A DNA stretch of 64,000 nucleotides from Eledone cirrhosa (lineage: Eukaryota): NCBI GenBank assembly GCA_964016885.1, contig OZ024743.1:83638001-83702000 (forward strand), read 5' to 3'. The position numbers and the translations under genes were made by a program. The number at the start of each line of letters is the position of its first letter. Positions within the stretch are counted from its first letter, which is position 1. The notes below the pieces were generated by a model. That model saw nothing but the letters and a program-made list of their open reading frames with translations. It ran no database searches and was not told the origin of the DNA. Of this stretch, positions 60,961-64,000 are shown piece by piece.

Positions 60961-61785
60961 ACTAGAGATTGATTAACATATAAATAAACATGAATAATCA
61001 CAGGAGATAATTTTTACAAGTGTGTAACCACACATAGCTAGGTAGGTAACTAAATGAAGTTGACCAGAACTTCAAAAATAGATACCTTATAATATAATTA
61101 ATCTTCCCTGTATATATTCCATTAAAGAAATATATTTCACCAATTAATCAGATGGTAAACGACAGAAGTGGAGACTTGGATTTTCAACAAGGAAGAAGTT
61201 CCAGCAATTTGTGTTTACACTTCAAGTTCAAATTAGCGACTGGCCAGCACGTGTTGCATTTACTAGAAATACTCACATCATACTAGCTTCGTCCCAGTGG
61301 CGTGAATAGGGTTATCAACAACTAGAAACAGCAGTCGAGTCCTTTCAACAGAGTTAGCTCTACAATTAAGGAGCCGTATTTATATATCTATATCCAAAAT
61401 TAAGATAAATCAAATGAATTTAATCTAAATCAAAATTATGGGTGTCATGCCAGAAAGACATGCGCCATATCACCCGCAAAATAAGCTCTAAGATTCTAAC
61501 GAGTAGGTCCGAGCATTTTATAATAACTAGAGATTGATTAACATATAAACATGAATAATCACAGGAGATAATTTTTACAAGTGTGTAACCACACATAGCT
61601 AGGTAGGTAACTAAATGAAGTTGACCAGTACTTCAAAAATAGATACCTTATAATATGATTAATCTTCCCTGTATATATTCCATTAAAGAAATATATTTCA
61701 CCAATTAATCAGATGGTAAACGACAGAAGTGGATACTTGGATTTTCAACAAGGAAGAATTCCAGCAATCTGTGTTTACACTTCAA

Positions 61786-61787
<2 letters not shown>
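60956..61787. repeat. ~270-bp direct repeats, ~563-bp period, flanked by (TA)n
   Basis: 60956..61227 approximately equals 61521..61787. Confidence 0.85.
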
Positions 61788-61827
<40 letters not shown>

Positions 61828-62198
61828 CGCGTGGCGAAAAGGACAAAAATCAGCGAATAAAATTCAGTTATTCAGTTCAGCCTTTCTCTTTCACCTCCGT
61901 CAATACCCTCAAGTCATCTCCAAGATAAATGCTGTACATTATACTTAATAAAACCAGTTTATTGCAGTATATTCTATGGTATTACTTTTTATACAATATT
62001 CGTTATTTATAAGTACATTTTTCTTATTTAAAAACACGTAACGAAAAAATTGATGTTTTTATTTTTTTTTGGGGGGGGGGGGGATTAATGGCCTTTTAAC
62101 ATTTTAATTCGTTTCAATGGGGAAAACTGATTTGACGTACGAGTAATTTGAGTTACGAGCTCCGTCACGGAACGAATTAAACTCGCAAGTCGAGGTAC

Positions 62199-62272
<74 letters not shown>

Positions 62273-62473
62273 CGAAGGAAAAGTGGTAAGGAACCAGATG
62301 GACCATAACGCACCAAAGTACTCAATATTTAGGGTAGTAGAGTGGGTAATAGGAACGAGTAGGACCCCGACGGGTGAGCTCAAGCCGTTTCGACGGCTAA
62401 TTCTGGACTAAATCTTTAGTCCAGAATTAGCCGTCGAAACGGCTTGAGCTCAGCCGTCGGGGTCCTACTCGTT

Positions 62474-62522
<49 letters not shown>

Positions 62523-62524
<2 letters not shown>

Positions 62525-63188
62525 TCGCTTCGCTACGCATTTCCAATATTTTTAATGCTTACACTATTTTTAATACTTATATTATTTCTCTACGCACAGA
62601 CTATAACAATCATATAAAGAGTTCATCACCAGATCAACCACCTTAACACTCTCGATTACCTGCTTAAGTGCTTCTATTACACATAACTCTCTGCCACACT
62701 ATATAAACAAGACGCACGTGCTTGCCACACATATAACCTTTGCACTATATAACCGCTTAATTTCATGTTGTATTTTAACCTGTATTTTTTATTGTATCTT
62801 TTAATATGAATGTAATTTCTAAGTGTGTACTGCCACACTAAATGCTATAATGAATGTTGACCCACAATATTTGCATATGTATCTGTATGTCTCTTGGCTG
62901 ATAAGGAGGTCATATAAGTGTTCATTCAATAATAAATTGCTCCGAAGAATCCAAACCTCGGTTTGGAAGAAACAGTTGTAAGCATAAAAATGTTTTGAAC
63001 AGTTCTTTGATTCTTATAATTCATATAACTACTCTGTAAATCATCTGATGTTTTTACATTGAGCTATTTAACTTGCTGGTAATAAGGTAGTACTATATTA
63101 CTGCCTACCACTATTTAGGGTTTATAAAAATATATATAACTGCAAAAGGTTTTTGTATTTGCATAACCATAAATAGTATAATTAATAC

Positions 63189-63189
<1 letters not shown>
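62523..63189 (+). mobile_element. PLE pseudo-LTR related to 43270..44030
   Basis: Shared hammerhead and downstream ACATTGAGCT..CTGGTAATAAG..ACTATTTAGGG tail. Confidence 0.7.
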
Positions 63190-63220
<31 letters not shown>

Positions 63221-63261
63221 CATATATACATATACATATATACATATACATATACATATAC

Positions 63262-63292
<31 letters not shown>

Positions 63293-63324
63293 CATATACA
63301 TGTATATATACATATATATATATG

Positions 63325-63370
<46 letters not shown>

Positions 63371-63441
63371 CATATACATGTATATATACATATATATATA
63401 TGTATATATATATATATACATATATATATATGTATATATAT

Positions 63442-63496
<55 letters not shown>

Positions 63497-63592
63497 TATA
63501 TACATACATATATACATACATAAATATATACATATATACATATATATATAAATATACATGTATACATACATATATATATATATATACATATA

Positions 63593-63624
<32 letters not shown>

Positions 63625-63625
63625 A

Positions 63626-63656
<31 letters not shown>

Positions 63657-63765
63657 CATATCTAAATACATATATACATACATATATACATATATATATA
63701 TATAAATATATATATATATACATATATATATATACATATATACATACATATATATATATACATAT

Positions 63766-63824
<59 letters not shown>

Positions 63825-63845
63825 CATATATACATATATATATAC

Positions 63846-63877
<32 letters not shown>

Positions 63878-63936
63878 GCATATATATATATATATATGTA
63901 TATATATGTATATATATATATGTATATATGTGTATG

Positions 63937-63995
<59 letters not shown>

Positions 63996-64000
63996 ATATA

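Overview
AT-rich eukaryotic DNA, dense in (TA)n/(CA)n/(GGT)n/(GAT)n microsatellites. I can identify no host gene exon, so it is probably intronic or intergenic. The SINE and microsatellite landscape suggests a cephalopod such as Octopus (inference only). Nearly all real coding signal comes from decayed transposons: several Penelope-like elements (PLEs; RT-thumb and GIY-YIG fragments), a DD37D Tc1/mariner fragment, Tx1/L1-like, R4/Dong-like and RTE LINE fragments, an internally deleted Helitron with a PIF1 helicase, and many tRNA-derived SINEs. The most striking signal is non-coding. Roughly 20 intact or degenerate hammerhead-ribozyme (HHR) motifs from about a dozen unrelated PLE pseudo-LTR or retrozyme-like families can be read by eye, mostly in short elements inserted in (TA)n. 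These elements show recurrent fold-back inversions, some centred on the ribozyme stem II. Several unrelated families share a GAGTRC motif in the 3' tail, two non-canonical cores recur, and one ~2 kb non-coding element carries a duplicated, unrecognised structured-RNA motif. All structures were paired manually; no folding or database searches were run.
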